Position numbers and translations under genes: made by a program. The notes beneath the pieces are model-generated. The model saw nothing but the letters and a program-made list of their open reading frames with translations, was not told the DNA's origin and did no database searches. Below, in pieces: positions 51,301 to 59,550 of a stretch of DNA of 64,000 nt. Position 1 is the stretch's first letter. Each line of letters starts with the position of its first letter. Source of the DNA: Oopsacas minuta (lineage: Eukaryota > Animalia > Porifera); the NCBI GenBank assembly GCA_024704765.1, contig JAKMXF010000111.1:1561627-1625626 (forward strand). The letters are read 5' to 3'.

Positions 51301-53943
51301 GGCCATCTCTCACAGCTAGAATGGGACACTTTCTTTTCCCCAACATTTTCAATTGCAAACTGTACTGAGCTTCTCAATTCTCTATTCTCTGAATTCTCAA
51401 GTAATACGCCTTCATTTATTTCTCCAGAGGTCTGGGGTCATATCTCTCAGCAAAAGCTTCCAAGCAATTTTGCCTCTGTGATTGAGGCACTCTCTTCTCA
51501 ACCAACTGAATGGGAGGAGTATTTTAAATACTGTTTGCACGGACTAATGGACGGACTTCCATCCAGTAAGAGGCTGGATCCTGAGAATAGGCTCTTGCTC
51601 TGGAGAGAGACACACCCCAAAGACTTTTTAAAATTATTAGGAGAACTATTAGTTCACAGGATGGGTAATGTTCTGGAAAGACTCAGCACGTTCTCTTTCT
51701 CGGACGCATTCCTACTTTCTACCTCTTTCCGTCCTCTGCTAGTATACACAGACAGTAGAGAGTGTGTGGGGGACTGTCTTGAGTTTGTGCGTTTTCAAAT
51801 GAAATGTAGGGGAGAGGAATATCTAGTGTTTGACTTGGCCTGCAAATCTTCCCTTGCCTCTCTAGAATTGGCAATGGGGTTAGAGGGTGAAGAGAAGAAA
51901 GAATGGCTTATAATCCTAAATTGCGAAAATATATCTTGCTGGCCTCAAACCATCATCAGATTCCTAAATGTCTCCTTCTTATGTAGATTCGGAGACGAAT
52001 CAAAGAACAAGGCGAAAAGAATAGTAGTGATTACCCGAAGCTCTGCACTCAACAACCTTCCCCTCAGTCTCAAGTCCTCCTCTTTAAAACTAGCTTATAA
52101 TCACAGATACTTCACACCAGGAGAACGCCTGGAAATATACACAAATGTATTACGTGATAACCTTGGTACAGATCTGGATACATGTATTCTGTTGATGAAG
52201 ATTAATGCTGAAATTAACTCAGGAATTAAGTATGGGATAACTGAAAATATTAATAGCCTTACCGGACACATTGGATTCCTCCATTCTGTAGTCACCTATC
52301 TGCAAGAGTTCTTTTCTTCCTTCTGGTCCGTTGCTGAGAGTGATCACTTCATAACTTCCATATTCTCAGGAACCTATTCACATAGATTGGGGAGGGGGGA
52401 GATGATTCAAGAGAAACCAGTGTTTAATCGGCTCTTACCTGGAATCCTCACAGGAGAGATGTCTAAGATAAGTTTGCTAGAGAGAGAGATAGCTTCTAGT
52501 CAAGTTAGTCTGGAGCTGGTAGAACAGATTTGGGCCAATCGGCAGGAGAGGAGAGAGGAGGGAGAATTAGACCTAGAACCTCTCCTGGAAATGTTAGATA
52601 TTTTGATCGCTGACGTCACCACTCTGTTGAATATTGATATTTCATTATACAAGTCTCTCCTCCACTCCTTACAAACTGGGGCCCAGCAGGCAGTGTATAA
52701 ACAGGAATTATTATGTATAGAGCAGACACTGCAGGGATATCTCGATTTGCTCAAAAGAGCCAGGAACTCTCCATACCATTCTCTACAGCCAGACAATCTG
52801 CAATCCTTACAGTTGTTGTCAGCAGGTTATATGCCAGATCTTTATCAACAACAGAGAACAACAATTTCTACCAGTTTAGTTTGGTACAAAGAAACCCTTG
52901 GATATTACAAGAGTCAAATTGAAGGACCTTGTCCAGTAAAACTAAGATACCATCAGCATCCGGAAGCTTGGCTGGCTGCCTCAATTAGTGAGCAGGCTAA
53001 AACTGCTGGAGACCAGCTGGAACGATGTATACCTGTTGCTAAGGTAAGTAGTTCATTAGTATAGAATTCATCCGAATAGCATGTACAATGTGCTAGACAT
53101 AGTAATATACCTCTTAAATTATGAAACAACTCTTAAACAATAAAAATCAAATTCCTACCAGACATGAAGGTAAACTTCACTTCTTTTGTTAATTCAAAAT
53201 TTTGCAAGACTGTGTAATCTTTTTTAATTACTGTAATATGATTATAGTATTTAATGACCTAAAAATGGCACAATTTTCATGACTTGGTTTAGTGTGCTTC
53301 TTATTAACACACAAAATATTAATAATATTTATGTCAATACTGTTTAAGTTGGACCTATTAGGTAGACATGCAATATAACACAGATGCGTAATGAGGATAA
53401 ATTACTTAGTATTTGTCCAATGACAAGATATTAAAATCAGATCCGCAAAATATTTTTCATGTAAATGGAAACAAAGTATGAAACCTGTTAACAGCTGATC
53501 CAAGAGACTGTACTAAAAAATATTGGTATTGTGCGCCGAGCTGCATTTAATTAGCTATAAAGATATTCTAGCTACTTAAATGCAGTTCCAACGGCCTATT
53601 ATTGAATAAACAAATATTGGTTTAGATCAGTACGGAGGAAGTAGAGAGAGAAGAAGGTTTGTTAGGAGTACTGTATAACGTGTCTTTTGCTGGAGTTATA
53701 TTTCACCAACAATCTCAAAGCTTCTCCTTCTGCTCTTCTCACAGTTTATCCGACCAGAAGGTAGTTCTTCGCTGCTTGTCAGTGGAAGATGATGATGTCA
53801 CATACCAACCTGCCTCCCTGTACTGTCTAGGGATAACGCATAATCCTGTCTACTCTTGTGAGTTGTACCTCCCTCTTACACGAAAAAGTGAGAGAGGACA
53901 CAGAACATCAAACAAACCAACTTTACTTATACAGTTACACTAA
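21052..53943 (+). CDS. DNHD1: Dynein heavy chain domain-containing protein 1 (divergent dynein heavy chain); 15 exons, 4499 aa predicted
   Basis: Exons 21052-21463, 22475-22726, 22924-23348, 23816-24660, 24860-25133, 25698-26238, 26961-27157, 27231-27353, 32898-33009, 34725-34946, 35379-35854, 35936-36143, 41778-46233, 48405-53043 and 53626-53943. All 14 introns are GT-AG with matching phases; total 13500 nt. DNHD1-like blocks: FFYLKLDPASKIYAPYQLVV, YIMSAFGVI, LPFFRMFPLLKVLRRWKK, FNSYLPSL, VFLKHGYGC. Walker A GPTLCGKT (43469) and GPVGCGKT (44525); stalk/MTBD EDIVELTTFQKPPDGVKRLAECLCVLF. Confidence 0.85.
25208..25349. mobile_element. 142-bp Tigger/pogo-like MITE
   Basis: TA|CAGTAAACTCTTGTTATAACGAAGTG ... 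CACTTCGTTATAACCGAGGGTTTACTG|TA. Confidence 0.75.
26780..26943. repeat. Second, inverted copy of the TATAG element at 16690-16895
   Basis: Reverse complement matches 16681-16895 (ATAGCTCAGCTAT ends, GATTAATGAAAGTCAC core, flanking ATTCCTTACAT). Confidence 0.8.
27273..27314 (+). repeat. (CAA)14 microsatellite encoding Q14 in predicted DNHD1 exon 8
   Basis: Perfect CAA x14, in frame within LKIAVIISFMQKWR-Q14-LEREEVQGLYKEE, between a phase-0 acceptor (27230) and a phase-0 donor (27354). Confidence 0.75.
27711..27819. mobile_element. Short Tc1/mariner-type MITE (same family as ~57813-57890)
   Basis: Internal repeats of CCTG(T/C)ATAA(T/A)CCGACAC; 3' end GTGTCGGTTTATGCAGGTTCTACTG|TA; 5' end degenerate. 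Confidence 0.55.
28024..29535 (-). CDS. CATSPER2: Cation channel sperm-associated protein 2, intronless, nested antisense in DNHD1 intron 8
   Basis: Single 6-TM domain; S4 KYLRALRIIRSLKLISRVSGLK; pore LFQLFTLDQWY (human CATSPER2 is TLDHW; CATSPER1 TLDDW, 3 TVDGW, 4 TQDGW); S6 IFKNIIVGIIVENF; C-terminal LWSRENLFNYYQVMEELFENLEE resembles CATSPER2 WPRDSLFRYFELLEKLQYNLEE. First ATG at 29535. Confidence 0.88.
   Translation of the reverse strand: MEPEFSEKEKNGKYAHLSRHTGFFRSSIIEEFQMLEGISDQGVVNPPIYNTSDILDKNIFNKIVQNTSQLIKFKTYVKDPGDGNQDKEKKSAHLGNRKTDKINHFTHSILSNPYFHKLGPSLLILNCITLAASGELEGFQAGTWHHAVRTSLDLMDLVIIVILSSEIVLKWLNNFQRFWYCWWNLFDLVIISLTTIPAVLSLIPSVPGSVLFEVTKYLRALRIIRSLKLISRVSGLKIIVLTLLEAFQSMAFIMVLLFAVAYIFAIVAVSLFQPTSQVEETEYFAAYYRSFSTLHDAILTLFQLFTLDQWYRVYRAAASVIDPNMRVVLMIYVILWIWLGAFIFKNIIVGIIVENFEVISAQLTNENNKEAQQQTNKRILSAWNNQLCDTDSESSSTFEDSSPNHQHKESTVSESSPSRIPGYSSSSLTDIHQECQGWQAAVHEYAKTLGMDPDNVLWSRENLFNYYQVMEELFENLEEAKQLERILGEVIIKLFDKTSKDIK
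30090..30630. repeat. Degenerate long inverted repeat (foldback-type element) 5' of CATSPER2
   Basis: 30258-30338 is the approximate reverse complement of 30480-30565 (TATCAATTCAATG..ATGAGAGACATTGGGG..). Outer arms TTTCGTAGAAATGACTGAAT / ATTCAGTCATTTCTACGAAA. Confidence 0.65.
30787..31128. mobile_element. Tc1/mariner-type MITE (second copy begins at 63850)
   Basis: CAGTAGCACTCGGTTAAGACGTAC ... GTACGTCTTATCCGAGTTCTACT(AA)CTG|TA. Its 5' ~150 bp match 63850-64000. Confidence 0.65.
31178..31847. mobile_element. TTAA-flanked non-autonomous element with long TIRs (piggyBac-like target site)
   Basis: TTAA|TCCATGGCCTACCAAAATACGGCTATACATGCTGCTGAATCAT ... ATGATTCGGCAGCATGCATAGTCGTATTTTAGTAGCCCATGA|TTAA. 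Related partial copies at ~37385-37620 and ~20470-20530. Confidence 0.7.
32014..32319. mobile_element. hAT-like MITE
   Basis: CAGGGTTTCCGTGGGAAT / CAGGATTGCCGTGGAAT TIRs; degenerate 8-bp TSD CTCAACTG / TTTAACTG; internal ATAGGATTCC repeats. Confidence 0.6.
32447..32744. mobile_element. Foldback-type MITE with ~140-bp inverted arms
   Basis: TGTGCAAATCGTGATACTA..TTTGAATAGATATAAAAACAGAA..CATAATTCTGACA mirrored by TGTCAGAATTATG..TTCTGTTTTTATATCTATTCAAA..TAGTATCACGATTTGCACA. Confidence 0.75.
33093..33225 (-). mobile_element. Mini-Helitron, family H, canonical CTAG 3' end
   Basis: Minus strand ends CAAGCAAGCGAAGCGGCTAG|T; 5' part TTATATTATACACTCGGGGAACGAAGTGCCGAGG. Confidence 0.6.
33350..33585 (-). 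mobile_element. Second Helitron-like family (TCTATATATATA 5' end); homologue at ~37795-38050 (+)
   Basis: A|TCTATATATATATATATAAGTTCG at ~33583. Core TGACGTCAT..TGACCAAA..GCT..CTCATC..GATTATTACGTCATCA shared with 37970-38030. Confidence 0.5.
33606..33887. mobile_element. hAT-type MITE
   Basis: TIRs TAGTAAACGACCGAAA / TAGTGAACGACCGAAA (15/16). Perfect 8-bp TSD GTTTTAAT at 33598-33605 and 33888-33895. Confidence 0.92.
33906..34380 (+). mobile_element. Internal-deletion derivative of a Tigger/pogo transposon
   Basis: Perfect 26-bp TIRs AGTCGACTCCGGTTAATCGGACCACT; TA flanks; transposase start MAQRTDLTLAQKIKLL (34101) fused out of frame to the end KIDDCADKIHLNAERSLKQQSITSFFN* (34242). Confidence 0.88.
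38176..38321 (+). mobile_element. Mini-Helitron, family H
   Basis: 5' TCCTATATTATAAACCCGAGGCACGAAGTG; 3' hairpin and end GCGAAGTTCGCTAG|T. Confidence 0.65.
38986..40239 (-). CDS. SEPT7: Septin 7, intronless, nested antisense in DNHD1 intron 12, 417 aa
   Basis: YVGFANLPNQVHRK, G1 GASGLGKS, G3 DTPGFG, G4 AKAD, VRGRSYPWG, RTHMQDLKDVTNN; long SEPT7-type C-terminal coiled coil (MEQVF..KVREKL). Confidence 0.93.
   Translation of the reverse strand: MEKILSGYVGFANLPNQVHRKAVKKGFEFSLMVVGASGLGKSTLINSLFLTDLYVDNGYHSPNQRLPKTTTTQCSAVHIIEGGVRLQLTLVDTPGFGELVDNTECWDPILKYIDSRYEEFLTSESRVNRQNNPDLRVHACLYFIAPNGHGLKQLDIDFMKQLHKKVNIVPIIAKADTFSPEECRAFKHKILQDINQHGIEIYNFPDYDFEDEEDARTNKKLKESIPFAVIGSNTVVEQNGKKVRGRSYPWGVVDIENDEHCDFNTLRNMLVRTHMQDLKDVTNNILYERYRIQKLSKMLNISDNQLSSRFTGEDFNGGNPMELLERERLDQEDKLSKMEEQMESVFQEKVREKLMKHREFQADLQRRKEAMMEAQEKERQELAERRRRYDEDRKVFEDEKLRSMIGTKSKKDTKKKP
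48060..48370 (-). repeat. Tandem internal subunits of Helitron family H in DNHD1 intron 13
   Basis: Two copies of CTCAGCATACTC(G/T)ATTACCTCAGTATAACCATTGAA (~48067 and ~48197) plus GAAAATGCGAAATTCGGATTCAGCGTAC; reverse complement of 15940-16090. Confidence 0.7.
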
Positions 53944-54485
53944 GCACTAAGGTCGTATTTAACCAAATCGATATTCTGATTTCTTGAGTTTTTATTCAAA
54001 AACTTTACCAAGCTAACTTATGATTTGTATTAATATCAAAGCATTCAATATTACATTGTTAATATAATAAGATATTTCAATTTAATTAGAGGATTCAAGA
54101 AATATATATAATATACCAAATAATATGTAAAATTTAGCTCACAACATATACATATGTGATAGCTTAAAATGTACACAACTTTAATATAATCCAGGGAACA
54201 GATATTTGAACAAATATACATATCTCATTACTTGATCTTTATTCCTGACTTGTGGGAAGTATTCAATTGGAAACTCTATTGTTAAACAGATACAAATAAT
54301 ATTAAAGGTCCATACCTAAGTAATAATAATTAACTACAAGTAAATGAACACGGAATTCTGGGTAGGAACGAATTGAATTTGACTTCCGGATGTGTTATGT
54401 ACATGGATATAACCGGTCGGGGTTGTCCGGGGGATATTGACTGACCGGTCGATCGGCAATTTAGAAATTGACCAACAGTACTAGA

Positions 54486-54669
54486 CATACTTGCCAACCT
54501 GAGTGAAGAAAAAAGCGAGACATCGCGGGACGTAGCATATTTGTATTAGACTGGACTACAAAAAACACTTAAGGTTTGTTTTGGCGGGAGGACATTAGCC
54601 TCATTGGCCATCAACATATGTTCAAAAAAGCGGGACGTCCCACCAGAAACGGGACAGTTGGCAAGTATG
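54486..54669. mobile_element. Small MITE with perfect 13-bp TIRs
   Basis: CATACTTGCCAAC ... GTTGGCAAGTATG; internal CGGGAC repeats; no clear TSD. Confidence 0.6.
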
Positions 54670-54861
54670 TAATAGTACTATTTTAATTTTGAATGAAAAC
54701 ATATTTAAAGTAATAAAGTGTATATAAAGTAATACACACTTTTGAATCGTTTTTGATCTGTTGAAATTGGGGAATATCTACAATTGCCGTCTCCTTAGTA
54801 TTTTATTTGCCCCCTAAGCGAAATGCCCAGATTCAGATAGAATATTCTATATTTATAATAA

Positions 54862-54925
54862 CGAATGCCGCTTCACGCGCACGGACTTTTTAGTACTCGG
54901 GGCTTCGCGCCTTGAAGTATAACTC
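54862..54925 (-). mobile_element. Degenerate mini-Helitron, family H
   Basis: Minus strand AGGCGCGAAGCCCCGAG..GCGCGTGAAGCGGCATTCG|T resembles the other family H 3' ends. Confidence 0.45.
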
Positions 54926-55627
54926 AGTGCCTGAAATGAAGGAAATTGTGTAATTAATGCGAATTATGGTAGGATATGATTAATTAATTAATAACATTTA
55001 TTCATGAAGACAATTCACACATTTAGCAAAAACTAAAGACGAAAATTGAATTCATAATTATTAGTTAACTCCTTTATAACTATGACAGAAGCTATTTATA
55101 ATGTTTTACTTGTTTTATTAATAAAAACTCTGGATTATATCCCGAGAGCCGTTAACATCGATTTTCTGATATTTGATATTTTCCAATTGTTTAATAACAA
55201 TTCTTTAAATTATTTATTAATATATTCACCTGCAATTTATATTTCAACTAGACACAATACTCCACTGTTTTGATCCTTCGGATTGAAATCTGTTTGTTTG
55301 AGTACTTCAACTAAATAAAAAATGCGAAAATATGTAAATGTTTTGTAAACTTGGTTGACTGTGCGTGTATTTATAGAATATATTATTACGAAAACAGGAT
55401 ATTTCGAATATACTTAATTCATAAGTATGTATTTTATCTCAACACCGTAGAAGCTTAGATGACCCCTTTAACATGTATATCCAAGGGGTGACGTGATATG
55501 ACGCGACTCTTATGATCAGTGTATTGTGAAATATAAAATCATATCTTTCAACTTTTATTTATGATTTATTGACTTCATTCGAAGCTATATAGCAGGGTAC
55601 TTGCACCGTTGCTGGTGTTCTAAATAG

Positions 55628-56141
55628 TCACAGACTAGTGAGTGTATCTACTTATAATTAGAAGATTCCTATTGGTAGTAATAATACTAATAACTGACTT
55701 GCAGTGCATAAAGTAGTGAGATAGTATCCGCCCTCTCCGGACAGCAGATTCTGGTCTACAAGATTCCAAGTATAGAGGAACTCGACCTCGATCTCCTTCG
55801 CGCCAGTGTGGATTAATGTGTAGATAAAGATGGGTAGGAAATCTAATAGAAATTCAACATGTTAGCTTCAATAGATAATAAGTTTTTCTATCTAATAATC
55901 TAATGAAACGGAATTCCTGTCTTGTTTCTAATTCAATAAAGGAAAGCGAGATTAATTAGGTTGTCCATTCAATTAGCCATTTATAATTAGCCCATTGGCC
56001 TATGAAATATGATTTTCACACTAATTCAGTGATAGAAATATTTTAGTGTTTTATAGCAAACATTTATTTAACAAAATATTTCAGCTTACCGTCTGCTCCT
56101 AGAGATAGATCAGTCTTGTTTGGATGTTTCTTATCACGGAT
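55628..56141 (-). CDS. 3' exons of a VPS9-domain Rab5-family GEF (RIN/Rabex-5/GAPVD1-like); absent from the ORF track
   Basis: Exons 56141-56090, 55842-55699 and 55650-55628 are GT-AG and phase-compatible: IRDKKHPNKTDLSLGADDFLPIFIYTLIH..EVEFLYTWNLVDQNLLSGEGGYYLTTLCTAIDTLTSL*. Contains the VPS9 signatures GADDFLP and GEGGYYLT. A further exon probably begins at 56466 (QPPPGVYKKCRNDIEN..QKM). Confidence 0.8.
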
Positions 56142-56585
56142 CTAGTTGAATAATAGGTAAATATCAAAATCAATAAATTATTCCTTGGAATGACAATCGA
56201 ATATCTCAATACACAATACGTATAGAAATCATGCCTTATTCACTAACAAAATTTTTCAAGTTGAATATATATTTTGGGAAATTAAAGTTTAGTTAGTGTA
56301 TAAAATATAGGGGGCACGTGTCTCCTCGTTCCGTCCACGAGCCCCTATGAATGCATTTGACCTTTTATAACTAAATGTTAAGGACATCTTTTGGTAGAAA
56401 CATGTTTCAGTTGAAGCATTCTCAATATCATTCCTACATTTCTTGTAAACCCCAGGAGGGGGTTGTCTATGAATATGGATTACAGAATCATTTCACTCTC
56501 CAGATAGTAGTATAATTTAACTTGACTGTAGTATAGATTTATATTTCAAACTCTCTACAGGTGTTAATTTCAAATTAGATATATT

Positions 56586-57134
56586 ATGTCAAATTTGTCG
56601 GAAATAGACTCAAAATGTAAGCTCACTTGTGACCTTATACAAACTCGTAGCCGCTGTAATCGACTAGATAATTTGAAAGCTCTCAACTGCTGGGGCTGTA
56701 ACCTGAGAGATATCACAATTCTAGAAGAACTACCCTCATTGAGAATTCTCATTCTGACAACAAACTATATATCTGATCTTTCTCCAATCTCACAGTGCGT
56801 TAAGTTGAGAGAGTTGTATTTACGAAATAATATGATAGTCGATCTGGAGGAATTAGCCAAGTTGGACAAGCTTAAAAATCTCCGTAGTCTCTGGATATCA
56901 GAGAATCCTTGCACATCTGCTCCAACCATCGAATATGCAGAAAAGATTTACTCTATACTACCAAAGATCAAGTATTTAGATGGACAGCCGATTCAATCAT
57001 ATTTGAAGCAGAGAAAAGAAGAAGAGAAAACAGAGAGCTCAAACTTGTTCAATGCAGTTTCCATTCTAATTGAAGATTTGTCAGTAGATGAACTAATTGA
57101 GTTACAAAGAAGAATCTCACTGAAAATCTCTTAA
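56586..57134 (+). CDS. CFAP410: Cilia- and flagella-associated protein 410 (C21orf2), LRR protein, intronless CDS, 182 aa
   Basis: KLTCDLIQTR..LDNLKALNCWGCNLRDI, N.ISDLSPISQC.KLRELYLRNN.I, LRSLWISENPC, LKYLDGQPI, C-terminal NLFNAVSILIEDL. Confidence 0.88.
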   Translation: MSNLSEIDSKCKLTCDLIQTRSRCNRLDNLKALNCWGCNLRDITILEELPSLRILILTTNYISDLSPISQCVKLRELYLRNNMIVDLEELAKLDKLKNLRSLWISENPCTSAPTIEYAEKIYSILPKIKYLDGQPIQSYLKQRKEEEKTESSNLFNAVSILIEDLSVDELIELQRRISLKIS

Positions 57135-58840
57135 AGTTGTTAGGATTACGTGATAGATAGCTATCGAGATCTCTTACATTTATTAATCTGTGATTCTCTT
57201 CATTACATATAAATCAAAATATTAAGAGTATAAACTGACTACAAAGTTTTCGTTGGGCAATAATAGCAAGGTCTCACGGTCGGAACTGCTGGAACAGATT
57301 CATGAATAGCTTACTAATATGAATACTAATAATATAATATTCAGTCAAGTGAGTTAACCCAACAGAATATTGAAAGAATTCTGATGCTTAATATTGTATT
57401 CGCTTGTAATCATGAATTATAGCATTGCTAACATACGAGTAATGTATGCGAAGTGCTTAGCATGGCTAAAACCCTACAAAACATAGATTTCACATTTCCT
57501 TCTTAATATCTTTCAACTTTTTCGAGGCAACTAATATCTAGTAACCAAAAAATCTACTTGTAATCTATGCAACGCAGGCTTTCCGTGGAGATATCCATGG
57601 AATTTTCTTAAACCTAATATCCACAAAATATTAAAAGCTTTATCTTATTAAATTCATGCCTAAAGGTGATATATCTGTGCAATGGATCAGATTTGAGATA
57701 TATTTAATTAATTGAAAAGCAATCTTTTTACCTAAAGTTCTATATATGTACTTTGATAAATCATGTTTTGACACCTTTTGGTATACTTCAAATTTATTTG
57801 GTTAGAGGATTACAGTGGAATTTGCATAATCCGACACTCGTTGGGCCATGAAATTGTGTTACTGTAGGATTAGCAAATTTTCAGATTATACAGATGAATG
57901 GAATTATTCGTTCGTTCAAATAATATTTGTCCGCAAGAATATTCGTTTAATACTTCCCGCATTAGAATTAAGTTTTATACTTAATTAATTCTGTAACTTT
58001 TACTGTGCCGACTATACTTTAGTATAGTGGCTCAGTATTGATATGGTTGCCTATATTTTTTCTATATAATTTTTTTTTCTCAGTAAAACCCCTGCAGCCA
58101 AAACTCGATAGAATTAAGGTGATACATGATGTGAGAAATATTGAAGATATTCGTCGGGTGTGCTTCTCCCCTTTGCTAATCAATCGGACACCAAGTGCCA
58201 CTATTTCACACTGGTCAAACTTTTGTCTGGGCTCTAGCAAAAAATTATGAAAGGAAAGGTGCCAAAATTTTCACACCTTTCGAAAGAGAAAAATTCTACA
58301 CCTTTGTACTCTTCTAGAATTTTTATATTGGTTATAGTTTTTTGGCTTAAAGAAAATGAAAATATTCATTTTATAGCACTACGTCATTGGTAATAATTCT
58401 ATTGTTCTTAGATATTAATTATTTATTAGTTAAACAATAGGTACTTCTAGTGTTGTATATAATATGCATTCATTGAATATATAAATTTAACGGTAACATT
58501 AAGTATTTCTATTATATTTATAAATAAACACTTTTTCAAATTAACCATGGATAATTTAAAAGACATGTATTTCCCCGATTATAAAACCTTTGAATAATTG
58601 TAGAAGATTGTTCTAAACAGCAAAAGAGGGTAATTCAATTCGCTGATTACGAATTTGACACTCTTGAATTTGTACCGATGACATCTTCTCCAGTATTCCC
58701 TTCTATTAATATTATTTAGTCAACTGATAATTATTGCAAACAAATTGAACATTATATGGACTGGGTGATCATATTAATTTTTAAATAAATTGTTTGATAT
58801 ATTTTAAATCCGAGCAGAGCGAAGAAAAAAAATAAAATTA

Positions 58841-59012
58841 CAACCTGTACCGACAGCTTAGTCTATTAAATTCAATTTGTTTAAAAAGTGTCACTGTTAA
58901 TTGGAGGCACTATGAAAGGTTAGGTTTAATCCAATGCACATAATGCCTCCAATTAACAGTGACACTTTTTAAACAAATTGAATTTAATAGACTAAGCTGT
59001 CGGTACAGGTTG
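58841..59012. repeat. Near-perfect 172-bp hairpin (74-bp arms, 1 mismatch, 24-nt loop)
   Basis: 58841-58914 is the reverse complement of 58939-59012 apart from GGCACTATG/GGCATTATG. Confidence 0.95.
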
Positions 59013-59550
59013 AATTTTTTTTAATTGAGTTATGATTCCTGAAATTGTATTCCATTTAACAAATTAACAAAAATTTCATTCTCACCCATTTAACTCGTCA
59101 TAGGATACCGCGATGAAGTGTGAAATGCTTAGTTATTAAAACGATCAAATATTCGTTTCAGCCATACTAAAATTGGTATAGTATGCATGTGTAATACCTA
59201 CAATCTATCCCAGCTACAGTGTACAACACATGTAGAGGGATTTTGGGTGAGTGTTTGCATCATTGCCTAGTTGCAATTGAAGAAGGATCTGAATTAAACT
59301 TCATCCTGCTGCGGGGGGCTCGTGGAGTTATTCCATTCTTCTTCAATCTACGCTAGGTAATGATATAATTAGGTTATCCATGGGTTATCTCGTAACTCTC
59401 GCTTAACCAATTACCAATATTCTCTTACCTATGTTAATCACAGCGACTGCAATATTTATAGTCGAAATGCGGAGCGATAGTTTACTACGAAAAAGATTAA
59501 TTAAATTGTGTATGTAATGTTTTTACTATGTACTAGGTTGGCCTACTAAA

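Noticed and set aside
58019-59350. Other candidate exons (ORFs 58019-58240 and 58038-58250; GC-richer patch 59230-59360)
   Set aside because: No recognisable homology, and I could not build a phase-consistent chain to the VPS9 exons.
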